From positions 9,691 through 73,690 of the forward strand of contig JAFGWC010000119.1 in the NCBI GenBank assembly GCA_016937695.1: DNA of 64,000 nt. The letters run 5' to 3'. The position numbers and the translations under genes were made by a program. The stretch is from Bacteroidales bacterium (lineage in GTDB: Bacteria; Bacteroidota; Bacteroidia; Bacteroidales; NBLH01). The notes under the pieces are model-generated. The model worked only from the letters and a program-made list of their open reading frames with translations. It searched no databases and was not told the origin of the DNA. This document shows, piece after piece, positions 51,975-61,689 of the stretch (positions are counted from its first letter, which is position 1; every line of letters begins with the position of its first letter).

Positions 51975-53672
51975 TTACTCATTTCCATTATAAGTTATTG
52001 CTAATATAGTGATATCATCAGATTGTTCTGCATCTTTTGTGAAGTTTTTGATTTCTTTACGTATTTTTTTGACAAAATACTCACTTCCTTCATCTTTCAT
52101 ATTATTAACAACTGCGAGTAAACTTTCATCAGAAAATATTTTGCCTTTTTCATCAAATGCTTCAGTAATACCATCAGTATATAATAATATTTTATCTTTT
52201 ACATTAATAATTTTTTCTTCTGCTTTAAATTTAAAATTTTCTAAAATTCCTAATGCAATATTCTGATTTACATTTAAATAAGTGTAACCAATTTCATCAT
52301 TTCCCGTAATTGGAGGATTGTGTCCGGCATTTACAAATTGCAATATTCCTGTTTTTAAATTTAAAACACCAATAAACATTGTTGCAAACATTGCTGTTTC
52401 ATTATCTTTAGATAAAGCATTATTTACATTATATGCTACTTTTTCTAAAGCATATGCTCTTTGCGATTCAGTTTTTAAAAGTGTTTTTGTAATTACCATA
52501 AATAATGCTGATGGAACACCTTTTCCTGAAACATCAGAAATAATGAAACAAAAATTATCTTCATCAATAAAGAAAAAATCATAAAAATCTCCTGCTACTT
52601 CTTTTGCAGGTTCCATAATAGCATAAATATCTATTTCGTTTCTATGAGGAAATGGTGGAAATACATGTGGCAACATTCTCTTTTGAATATCTTTTCCAAC
52701 ATTTAATTCGCTTTGTATTCTTTCTTTTATAGCTGTTGTTTTTTGTAGATTTTCAATATATTCATTTAAATCAGATGTCATTTTATTAAAGGCCTTAGCT
52801 AAATCGCCAATCTCATCATCAGTTTTCACTATTATTTTAAATGATAAATCTCCTTTTGATACTCTATCAACTCCATTATTTAAATTATTCAAAGGCTTCA
52901 TCATATAAGCAGTGGCTCTGTTAATAACAATTACTGTTATTAGTAACATTACTGCCATCATTATGATAAGTCTTTTGGCTAAATCATTAATTGCTTCTTC
53001 TGTTTTTTTCATAGAAAAGCCTATTCTAAAAGAACCCCAATGTTTATTTTTAACAAACACAGGTGATGAAATTTTCCACATTTCCTCGCCTGTATCTCTT
53101 TGATAAACTTCTAACATATAGGGTTTTACAGTATTTTCAGCAACTTTATTATCATAAAAAACTCTTTTCGACCTACTTTCTTCATTATCTTTCTCATAAT
53201 TGCCGGTGAGATTTTTATTATAAATTGTGTTATGAGATGGTGTATATCCGTTATTGTCGCATAAAACAGCAAAAATTAATTGAGGGTCTTTAAAAAATTC
53301 ATCTTGAATTGAAACTATTAGTGTGTCTAAATATTTATCTAAACCTGTTTTGTAATGATATTTTTGGATGTCATTAATTTTATTCAAAGGAATTTTTCGG
53401 TATGAAGCAATTATTGATCGATCTAATGGAATAGGAACTAAGGTGTAATCGAACAATTCCTGTTCTGTAAATATCTCATTTTCAACGACATTATCTAAAA
53501 TTTCGCCCATTATTTTTGCTCCTGTTTGAGCAGCAGCAATTCCTTTTTTTAATATCATTTCTTTCATTTGTTTCGACCTGTCATTAACAAGATAAGTTGT
53601 AAATATTGTTACAATTACACCTAAAATAATAATCAAAACAAATGAAAGTCTGAATGAGAGTTTTTTAAACAT
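51975..53672 (-). CDS. Membrane sensor SpoIIE/RsbU PP2C phosphatase with HAMP
   Basis: TM-sensor-TM-HAMP (DEIGDLAKAFNKM); EVAGDFYD, DVSGKG, NAGHNPP, YTDGITE, DDIT. Confidence 0.92.
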   Translation of the reverse strand: MFKKLSFRLSFVLIIILGVIVTIFTTYLVNDRSKQMKEMILKKGIAAAQTGAKIMGEILDNVVENEIFTEQELFDYTLVPIPLDRSIIASYRKIPLNKINDIQKYHYKTGLDKYLDTLIVSIQDEFFKDPQLIFAVLCDNNGYTPSHNTIYNKNLTGNYEKDNEESRSKRVFYDNKVAENTVKPYMLEVYQRDTGEEMWKISSPVFVKNKHWGSFRIGFSMKKTEEAINDLAKRLIIMMAVMLLITVIVINRATAYMMKPLNNLNNGVDRVSKGDLSFKIIVKTDDEIGDLAKAFNKMTSDLNEYIENLQKTTAIKERIQSELNVGKDIQKRMLPHVFPPFPHRNEIDIYAIMEPAKEVAGDFYDFFFIDEDNFCFIISDVSGKGVPSALFMVITKTLLKTESQRAYALEKVAYNVNNALSKDNETAMFATMFIGVLNLKTGILQFVNAGHNPPITGNDEIGYTYLNVNQNIALGILENFKFKAEEKIINVKDKILLYTDGITEAFDEKGKIFSDESLLAVVNNMKDEGSEYFVKKIRKEIKNFTKDAEQSDDITILAITYNGNE

Positions 53673-53706
53673 ATATCTTTAAAGTATTAATATTATTTTT
53701 ATAAAA

Positions 53707-55932
53707 TTAATTACCCATATCAGACATAAATTTTATTCTCATTAAACGAATATCGCTCTCAGTATATTCATTTTCGCCAAGTTCTTCAAGCGCATCTTGA
53801 ATAGATTCACTTTCAGCTACTCTAAAATATTCGTATACTTCTTCCTGACGTTCTTCATCAAGAACTTCATTTATATAATAATCTAAATTTAGTTTTGTTC
53901 CTGAATTAACTATTGCTTCTATTTCAGTAAGTAATTCATTCATTTCCATGCGTTTAGCTTCGGCTAAATCATCCAGCGATATTTTTCTATCAATACTTTG
54001 AATAAAATATACTTTGCTTTCAGATTTATTTACAACCGAACGTACTACCATGTCTTTTGGTCGTTCAATTTCATTTTCATCGACATATTTTTTAATTAGT
54101 TCCAGAAATTCTTTTCCATATCTTCTGGCTTTTCCTGAACCAACTCCAACAATTTGTTGTAGTTCATCCATTGTTATAGGATATTGAATTGCCATATCTT
54201 CAAAAGAAGAATCTTGGAAAATCACAAATGGTGGAATTCCTTTTTTTGCAGAAATATTCTTCCTTAAATCTTTCAACATTTTAAATAATACCGGATCTGC
54301 TGCACTACTTCCTCCTTTACTAACATCAGCTGATGCATCTTCTTGAGCTTCATCGTAATCGTGATCTTTAGTTAAATAAATAGGGTAAGGATTTTCATAG
54401 AATTCATTGCCTTTTTCGTTAATCTTTAACAATCCATAATTCTCAATATCTTTATCTAATAGTTTTAAAATTAAAGATTGCCTTATTACAGCATTCCAAA
54501 ATTTAGAGTCATGCTCTTTTCCTATTCCAAAAACTTTAATTTTATCATGTTTATATGATTTAATTGCTGCAGTGGCTTTTCCAACAATTATATTTGAAAC
54601 GTGTTCTGATTTAAATTTTTCTTTAACAGCTTTAATAACTTTCAAAACAGTTTTAACATATTCATTTCCTTCAAATTTTTCTTTAGGATTTAAACAATTA
54701 TCGCAATTATTACATGGTTCTTCCATTATTTCACCAAAATAGTTTAATAACTGTTTTGGCCTACAAACAGAAGATTCGGCATAAGAAACAGTTTCAAACA
54801 ATAATTGCTTGCCTATTTCTTGTTCTGCTACAGGTTTTCCCTGCATAAATTTTTCAAGTTTTTGAATATCTTTATAACTGTAAAATGCGATACATTTTCC
54901 TTCGCCGCCATCCCTTCCCGCTCTGCCGGTTTCTTGATAATATCCTTCTAAACTTTTTGGAACATCATAATGTATAACAAATCTAACATCCGGTTTATCA
55001 ATTCCCATTCCAAATGCAATTGTAGCAACAATGACATCAGCATCTTCCATTAAAAATTTATCTTGATTTCCTGATCTGGTTGCAGAATCCATACCTGCAT
55101 GATATGATAATGCTTTTATCCCATTAACTACTAAAGTTTGAGTTAATTCTTCAACTTTTTTCCTGCTCAAACAATATATTATTCCTGATTTTCCCAGATT
55201 ATCTTTAATAAACTTAATTATTTGCTTTTCAGGATTAATTTTTGGCCTGACTTCATAATATAAATTAGCTCTAAAAAATGATGATTTGAATACTTGTCCA
55301 TCCAACATACCTAAATTTTTTTGTATGTCATGTTGCACTTTAGGCGTTGCTGTGGCAGTTAAGGCAATTAATGGAGCTGTACCTATTTCATCAATTATAG
55401 GTCTTATCTTCCTATATTCTGGTCTAAAGTCATGCCCCCATTCAGAGATACAATGTGCTTCATCAACTGCATAAAATGAAATTTTTATTAATCGTAAGAA
55501 ATCAATATTTTCTTGTTTAGTTAAAGATTCAGGTGCTACATATAGAAGTTTAGTTTTACCCGATAAAATATCTTCTTTGACCTGTATTATTTGATTTTTT
55601 GTTAAAGATGAATTTAAGAAATGCGCTATTGAATCATCTTCACTAAAGCTTCTCATTGCATCAACCTGATTTTTCATTAATGCTATTAGTGGTGAAATTA
55701 CAATTGCAGTTCCTTCCATTATTAATGCGGGTAGTTGATATATTAATGATTTGCCGCCACCTGTAGGCATTAGAACAAATGAATCATTCCCATTTATTAC
55801 ATTTTTTATCGCCTGTTCCTGCTTACCTTTAAACTTGTTAAAACCAAAATATTTCTTTAGATAATTATCAATATCTAATTCAGTTTTTTTTTCCTTTTTG
55901 CTCATTTTATTTATATCAATAACTCTTTCCAA
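53707..55932 (-). CDS. recQ: ATP-dependent DNA helicase RecQ (likely start ATG at 55905)
   Basis: MPTGGGKS, DEAHCISEWGHDFRP, QETGRAGRDG, Zn-binding Cys cluster, RQC, HRDC. Confidence 0.96.
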   Translation of the reverse strand: MERVIDINKMSKKEKKTELDIDNYLKKYFGFNKFKGKQEQAIKNVINGNDSFVLMPTGGGKSLIYQLPALIMEGTAIVISPLIALMKNQVDAMRSFSEDDSIAHFLNSSLTKNQIIQVKEDILSGKTKLLYVAPESLTKQENIDFLRLIKISFYAVDEAHCISEWGHDFRPEYRKIRPIIDEIGTAPLIALTATATPKVQHDIQKNLGMLDGQVFKSSFFRANLYYEVRPKINPEKQIIKFIKDNLGKSGIIYCLSRKKVEELTQTLVVNGIKALSYHAGMDSATRSGNQDKFLMEDADVIVATIAFGMGIDKPDVRFVIHYDVPKSLEGYYQETGRAGRDGGEGKCIAFYSYKDIQKLEKFMQGKPVAEQEIGKQLLFETVSYAESSVCRPKQLLNYFGEIMEEPCNNCDNCLNPKEKFEGNEYVKTVLKVIKAVKEKFKSEHVSNIIVGKATAAIKSYKHDKIKVFGIGKEHDSKFWNAVIRQSLILKLLDKDIENYGLLKINEKGNEFYENPYPIYLTKDHDYDEAQEDASADVSKGGSSAADPVLFKMLKDLRKNISAKKGIPPFVIFQDSSFEDMAIQYPITMDELQQIVGVGSGKARRYGKEFLELIKKYVDENEIERPKDMVVRSVVNKSESKVYFIQSIDRKISLDDLAEAKRMEMNELLTEIEAIVNSGTKLNLDYYINEVLDEERQEEVYEYFRVAESESIQDALEELGENEYTESDIRLMRIKFMSDMGN

Positions 55933-56272
55933 TTTATACGTTCTGAAAAAAGGGATGTAAAATTAATAAATTGATTATTAATTCCCCTGTTTTTAAAATT
56001 ATTATCTAAATTGAGATATGTTTTTTTAATTATTTAAATTTAACAAATATTATATTTTGTATTTTTCAATTTAAAAAACTACAAATTAGACACTTAACAA
56101 AATCATTGCTCCACGGATTTTCTAAAATTATAATTTATCATTTAAATTTATAAAAAATCCAAATTAGCTAACTATAAAATAATATATTTGTAAGCTAAAT
56201 TTAATAAAATAAATCTAATAAAAAAAAATATTTTTTAGCAGTAATATAAAAACTCAAAAATTTAACGTTTAA

Positions 56273-57094
56273 ATGATTAAAAATATAGTTAGTAAAGATA
56301 AAGAAATGAGCTTTTTAGAACACTTAGAAGAATTAAGATGGCATTTAATTCGTTCTTTTTCAGCTATATTAATATTTTCTATTGTAGCTTTTATTTTCCA
56401 CAATTTTATTTTTGATAATATACTTCTTGCACCAAAAACCTCTGATTTTTTCACGAATAGAAAATTATGTGAATTTGGTAAATTTATTGGAGCAAATAAT
56501 TTATGCATTAATAATATACCTTTCCAAATAATAAATATAAAAATGGCAGGGCAATTTTCCACTCATATTATGGTTTCAGCAATTTCTGGTTTTTTAATTG
56601 CTTTTCCTTATGTTTTTTGGGAATTTTGGCGTTTTCTAAAACCAGCATTAAAATCTAATGAAAAAAAACATTCAAGTGGTGCTGTTTTTTTTAGTTCTTT
56701 ATTATTTTTAATAGGTGTTTTATTTGGCTATTATATAATTGTTCCTCTTTCTGTTCATTTTCTTGGTAGTTATAATGTAAGCAATCAAGTTGTTAACCAA
56801 ATTAATCTCGATTCATATATTTCTACTATTACTTCTGTTGTTCTTGCTTCAGGAATTATTTTTGAATTACCTGTAATTATATTTTTCCTTAGTAAAGCAG
56901 GAATAGTAACACCAGGCATTTTAAAAAAATATAGACGACATTCATTTGTTATAATACTAACTTTATCGGCAATTATTACACCGCCTGATATTTTTAGTCA
57001 GATTTTAGTTTCACTACCTCTTGTAATTTTATATGAAATTGGTATAAATATTTCAAAAAGAATTAGTGCTAAAGATGAAAGTCGTTTAATTTAA
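56273..57094 (+). CDS. tatC: Twin-arginine translocase subunit
   Basis: MSFLEHLEELR, WRFLKPAL, FELP, AIITPPD, LYE. Confidence 0.96.
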   Translation: MIKNIVSKDKEMSFLEHLEELRWHLIRSFSAILIFSIVAFIFHNFIFDNILLAPKTSDFFTNRKLCEFGKFIGANNLCINNIPFQIINIKMAGQFSTHIMVSAISGFLIAFPYVFWEFWRFLKPALKSNEKKHSSGAVFFSSLLFLIGVLFGYYIIVPLSVHFLGSYNVSNQVVNQINLDSYISTITSVVLASGIIFELPVIIFFLSKAGIVTPGILKKYRRHSFVIILTLSAIITPPDIFSQILVSLPLVILYEIGINISKRISAKDESRLI

Positions 57095-57123
57095 TCCACT
57101 AATTTACAATTATTTAACCTTTA

Positions 57124-59598
57124 ATGAAATATAATTTTTTAAAAATATCAATTTTCATATTATTAAGTCTGATTTTTTTAGATTCTAATCTATCTTTTGC
57201 ACAAAAAACAATTGTTAAGGGCGTTGTTACAGATGCATCTTCAAACGAAGCTCTTCCTTTTGTTAATATTGCTTTCAACAATATCAATGAAGGCACAATT
57301 ACTGAAATGGATGGAACATTTACAGTTGAAACTTCAAAAGCAGTTGATAGTATATCGATTTCTTATATTGGATATACTACACAGGTAGTTAAAGTTAAAA
57401 GAGGTACAATTCAAAATTTAAATATAAATCTTGTACCCTCAGACCTAACTTTATCTGAAATTGTTATTTATGCGGGCGAGAATCCTGCTAATCAAATAAT
57501 TAGAAATATTATTGATAATAAAAAACAAAATAATCCTGATAAAATAAATTATTTTGGTTGTGAAGTGTATAATAAGCTTCAAATTGATTTAAACAATATT
57601 ACCGATAAGTTCAAAAACAGAAAAGTTTTTAAAAACTTCCAATTCGTTTTTGAATTACAAGATTCATCTGAAATTATGGGAAAAACATATCTTCCTATAT
57701 TTTTATCAGAAAATTATTCTAAATACTATTTTCAAAAAAAACCTGAAAAGAAAAAAGAAATAATTATAGCCAATAAAATTTCTGGAGTTGAAAATAAAAG
57801 TTTTACCGAATTTACAGGACAAATGTATATCGATATGAATATCTATGATAATTACATTAATGTTTTCGGAAAACAATTTGTTAGCCCAATTGGTAATACA
57901 GGACTTAAAGTATATAAATATTTTTTAGAAGACAGCACATTTATTGAAGGAAAATGGTGTTATAATATAACTTTTAAACCTAGAAGAAAACAAGAAAGAA
58001 CTTTTCATGGTAACTTTTGGGTTAACGATTCTACTTGGGCTATAAAAAAAATTACAGCACAAATTTCTGAAGATGCAAATATTAATTATGTTAAAGATTT
58101 GATATTAGAACAAGAATTTTCTCTTTTTGGCGATACAATATGGTTTAAAACTGAAGATAAACTCTTTGCAGATATTAATTTGGCTGATAAAGCACAAGGA
58201 TTCTTTGGAAGAAAACAAACTTCTTATAAAAATTTAAATTTAAACCCTCCTTCTGATGAAAATTTTTTCTCCTCAACACAAGTTGAAGAAGCAATTATAG
58301 TTGATTCAGTTGAAGCAAATAACCACGAATATTGGAATTCTGTAAGGCCTTCAACACTTTCTTCCGAAGAGGAAAGTATATACCAAATGGTTGATTCCGT
58401 TAAAAACGTACCTATTTTTAAAACATTTACAGATGTAATTTATATGTTAGCCTATGGCTATTATTTATATAAAGATTTTGAATTTGGTCCTTATTTTAAA
58501 ACATATAGTTTCAATCCAATTGAAGGTAATCGCTTCAGATTTGGCGGAAGAACTTCAAATGAATTCAGTACAAGACTTATGCTATATGGCCATATTGCTT
58601 ATGGAACCAAAGATGAAGAATTTAAATATGGCTTAGGCGCACTTTATATTTTCAAAAAGCTTCCGCGATTTTCTGTTGACATGTACTACGAAAATGACCT
58701 TTCTCTTCTTGGTCAAAGTGTTAATGCTTTTTCCGAAGATAATTTTTTAGCTTCAATTCTGTCTATTCGTCCAAACGATAATTTATTATATTTGGAACAA
58801 TATAAATTAGATATTGAAAAAGAATGGTTTCAAGGTTTATCCAATAATTTTAAGTTATTCTATGCCAATATATTACCTTCTTACAAGATTCAGTTTCAAA
58901 ATATTGAAACAAATGAATCTTATGATAAACTTGTAGCCACAGAAATCAGCCTTAAAACACGATTTGCATATAACGAGAAAGTTCTTAGAGGTGAATTTAC
59001 AAGAGTTAGCCTTGGTTCTATATACCCAATTGTTGATTTGGAATTAACAAAAGGCTTAAAAAATATATTAAACAGCAGCAATTTTGATTATTTAAGAACT
59101 AGATTAACTATCAATCACTTATTTGATATTAAACCTATCGGATATCTTAAATATGAGCTTAGCGTTGGTAAAATTTGGGGGAAAGTTCCATTTCCGTTCC
59201 TAGTTCTTCACGAAGGAAATGAAACTTATGCTATGGACAACAGAGCTTTTAATTTAATGCTATACTATGAATTTGCAAGTGATTTTTACTATAGTGTTTA
59301 TTTAGAGCATCATTTTCAAGGTTTTTTTCTAAATAAAATTCCTTTATTAAGAAAATTAAAATGGAGAGAGATTGTTTATGCGAAATTTTTAAACGGCTCA
59401 ATATCAGATGAGAACAAAAATGTTTGGGTTTTTCCTCAATCATTAACAGAATTACCAGAACCATACGTTGAAGCTGGTGTAGGAATTGAAAATATCTTTA
59501 AAATAATTAGAATTGATGCAATGTGGCGTTTAACTAATAGAAATAAAGCAGAAATTAAACAATTCGGAATTAGAGCTAAACTCCAATTAATTTTTTAA
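57124..59598 (+). CDS. DUF5686 + carboxypeptidase-like regulatory domain outer-membrane protein
   Basis: Signal peptide; KGVVTDA..EALPFVNI..SYIGY; YVEAGVGIENIFKIIRID; C-terminal Phe. Confidence 0.85.
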   Translation: MKYNFLKISIFILLSLIFLDSNLSFAQKTIVKGVVTDASSNEALPFVNIAFNNINEGTITEMDGTFTVETSKAVDSISISYIGYTTQVVKVKRGTIQNLNINLVPSDLTLSEIVIYAGENPANQIIRNIIDNKKQNNPDKINYFGCEVYNKLQIDLNNITDKFKNRKVFKNFQFVFELQDSSEIMGKTYLPIFLSENYSKYYFQKKPEKKKEIIIANKISGVENKSFTEFTGQMYIDMNIYDNYINVFGKQFVSPIGNTGLKVYKYFLEDSTFIEGKWCYNITFKPRRKQERTFHGNFWVNDSTWAIKKITAQISEDANINYVKDLILEQEFSLFGDTIWFKTEDKLFADINLADKAQGFFGRKQTSYKNLNLNPPSDENFFSSTQVEEAIIVDSVEANNHEYWNSVRPSTLSSEEESIYQMVDSVKNVPIFKTFTDVIYMLAYGYYLYKDFEFGPYFKTYSFNPIEGNRFRFGGRTSNEFSTRLMLYGHIAYGTKDEEFKYGLGALYIFKKLPRFSVDMYYENDLSLLGQSVNAFSEDNFLASILSIRPNDNLLYLEQYKLDIEKEWFQGLSNNFKLFYANILPSYKIQFQNIETNESYDKLVATEISLKTRFAYNEKVLRGEFTRVSLGSIYPIVDLELTKGLKNILNSSNFDYLRTRLTINHLFDIKPIGYLKYELSVGKIWGKVPFPFLVLHEGNETYAMDNRAFNLMLYYEFASDFYYSVYLEHHFQGFFLNKIPLLRKLKWREIVYAKFLNGSISDENKNVWVFPQSLTELPEPYVEAGVGIENIFKIIRIDAMWRLTNRNKAEIKQFGIRAKLQLIF

Positions 59599-59672
59599 TT
59601 TTAAGCCAAAATTTTATTATCCACTTTTTTCTAATATTTTGTAAATATTCTGATTAAAATTATAAAACAAAT

Positions 59673-60398
59673 ATGAAACTGCATACCGAAAATATTGTAA
59701 AAAAATACGGAAAAAGAACTGTTGTAAGAGGTGTAAGTATAAATGTAAATCAAGGTGAAATTGTAGGTTTACTTGGCCCAAATGGTGCCGGAAAAACAAC
59801 TTCTTTTTATATGATTGTTGGTCTTGTAAAACCTACAGAAGGAAGAGTTTTACTTGATGATACTGATATTACATCAATGCCAATGTTTAAAAGAGCCAAA
59901 AATGGAATAGGATATTTGCCTCAAGAATCCTCTGTTTTTAGAAATTTAAGCATTGAAGATAATATAAAAGCTGTTCTTGAAATGTCTAGTTTTTCAAAAG
60001 CTGAACAAAAAGACAGATTAGAAGACGTTTTAAACGAATTTGGATTGCAAAAAATCAGGAAAAGTCTTGGAATTCAGCTTTCTGGTGGTGAAAGAAGAAG
60101 AACTGAGATAGCAAGAGCTTTAGCAATAAATCCTAAATTTATACTACTTGACGAGCCTTTTGCTGGAGTTGATCCAATTGCTGTAGAAGATATTCAAAAA
60201 ATTGTTGCTAAATTAAAAGAAAAAAATATTGGTATATTAATTACAGATCATAATGTTCATGAAACACTTACAATTACTGATAGAGCTTATCTTCTCTACG
60301 AAGGAAGAATTTTAGAATCAGGCACAGCTGAAGACTTAGCGTCCAACCCTGAAGTTAGAGAAAAATATTTAGGTGCAAGTTTTGAATTAAGAAAATAA
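59673..60398 (+). CDS. lptB: LPS export ABC ATPase
   Basis: [38 protein letters not shown]. Confidence 0.96.
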   Translation: MKLHTENIVKKYGKRTVVRGVSINVNQGEIVGLLGPNGAGKTTSFYMIVGLVKPTEGRVLLDDTDITSMPMFKRAKNGIGYLPQESSVFRNLSIEDNIKAVLEMSSFSKAEQKDRLEDVLNEFGLQKIRKSLGIQLSGGERRRTEIARALAINPKFILLDEPFAGVDPIAVEDIQKIVAKLKEKNIGILITDHNVHETLTITDRAYLLYEGRILESGTAEDLASNPEVREKYLGASFELRK

Positions 60399-60402
60399 TT
60401 CA

Positions 60403-61413
60403 TTAAAAATTCGGACAAGGTATAGTAACTTGTCTGTTTTTTCGTTTTAATTCCAAGTTTTTGTTAAACTCATAAATTAATGAAATTTCGTGAGAACCTC
60501 CTGTAATACCAATTAATTTTGATAAAGTATAATCGTAACTATATCCAAATTTCAAATCATAAATTTCATATCCTACAAGAACAATTACAGCATCTATGCT
60601 CTCATAACCGGTTTGACGACCAATAACAGGTATACCTCTGAACCATAAACCTAATGTAAAAGGAACTTTATGCCAATATGCGCCCAGATCAAGTTGATCA
60701 TGCATATCTTCATTTTGGTATAACATCGAAAAAGTTACACTTTCCGCTTCATGCTTACTTTTCATCCGTTTTCTATGAATTGGCATTTTATATCCTCCAT
60801 GAAGTACATATTTTATGCTTAATCGGCTATCATATTCATAAAAAGATTGATTTGGTCTCAATAATTGCTCTGCACTAAAACCAACCCAATATTGAGAAGA
60901 ATAAGCTACAACTGAAGCATCAACATCAATATATCCAACTTTTGTTAATGGTTTTCCTTCTAAGGAACTTGTTGATGGAGCTGCATCAATATTTAACTGA
61001 TCACCGAAGACTAGTTTTTCAAAATCGACACCTCTTTGGCCATATTCAAATTTTATTCCTGGTCTTACATGCCAATATCTGTTAAGGGTAATATCATATG
61101 AATATAATAATCCTATATCGGTTAAATTCAAATTTCCGCTACCGGCTTGGTCTCTTACTACTAATAAACCAATGCCACTTTTCATTTTTGGAAAATATTG
61201 ATCATACGATGCTGCATAAGTAGTAAATGTTCCTGGAATACTTGGCCACTGATCTCTGTAGTTAATAACTACTCGGCTTCCTGTAGTCATCCCTGTATAA
61301 GAAGGACTCAAAACTAATGGGGCAGCATAAAACTGGGAAAATTGTACTTTTTGAGCACTAATTTGTATAAAAATTAATAATAAACTTATAATAAATAATC
61401 CCTTTTTTTTCAA
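60403..61413 (-). CDS. PorP/SprF family type IX secretion membrane protein
   Basis: QFSQFY..PL.LSP, YRDQW, GYSYD, GSHEISL, CPNF. Confidence 0.92.
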   Translation of the reverse strand: MKKKGLFIISLLLIFIQISAQKVQFSQFYAAPLVLSPSYTGMTTGSRVVINYRDQWPSIPGTFTTYAASYDQYFPKMKSGIGLLVVRDQAGSGNLNLTDIGLLYSYDITLNRYWHVRPGIKFEYGQRGVDFEKLVFGDQLNIDAAPSTSSLEGKPLTKVGYIDVDASVVAYSSQYWVGFSAEQLLRPNQSFYEYDSRLSIKYVLHGGYKMPIHRKRMKSKHEAESVTFSMLYQNEDMHDQLDLGAYWHKVPFTLGLWFRGIPVIGRQTGYESIDAVIVLVGYEIYDLKFGYSYDYTLSKLIGITGGSHEISLIYEFNKNLELKRKNRQVTIPCPNF

Positions 61414-61585
61414 AATGTTTCAGTTTATTGCATTATTGATTTATAAACGCTCAAATTTAACTTATATTATCACTAACATATCAAAATAAGTACCAAATTT
61501 TTAAATTTATAGTTTTTATTCTAAAATAGTAAACAATTAAAAGGTCAAAATTAATTTATTAACTGATAAATTCAAATAAAACTCA

Positions 61586-61622
61586 AAAAAAAGCAGGTAA
61601 AGATTTTTTTTACCTGCTTTTT
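61586..61622 (-). terminator. Intrinsic terminator downstream of the adhesin gene
   Basis: AAAAAAAGCAGGTAAA-loop-TTTACCTGCTTTTT hairpin. Confidence 0.85.
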
Positions 61623-61689
61623 AAACAAACTTTTAACTTTCAAACTTTTAACCTTTCACCTTAACATTATTATGAATAATGCGGGTTAA

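Noticed and set aside
61625-61665. Degenerate CTTTT/CAA-like short repeats after the adhesin gene
   Set aside because: Short and irregular, of a kind common in Bacteroidota intergenic DNA; no supportable function.
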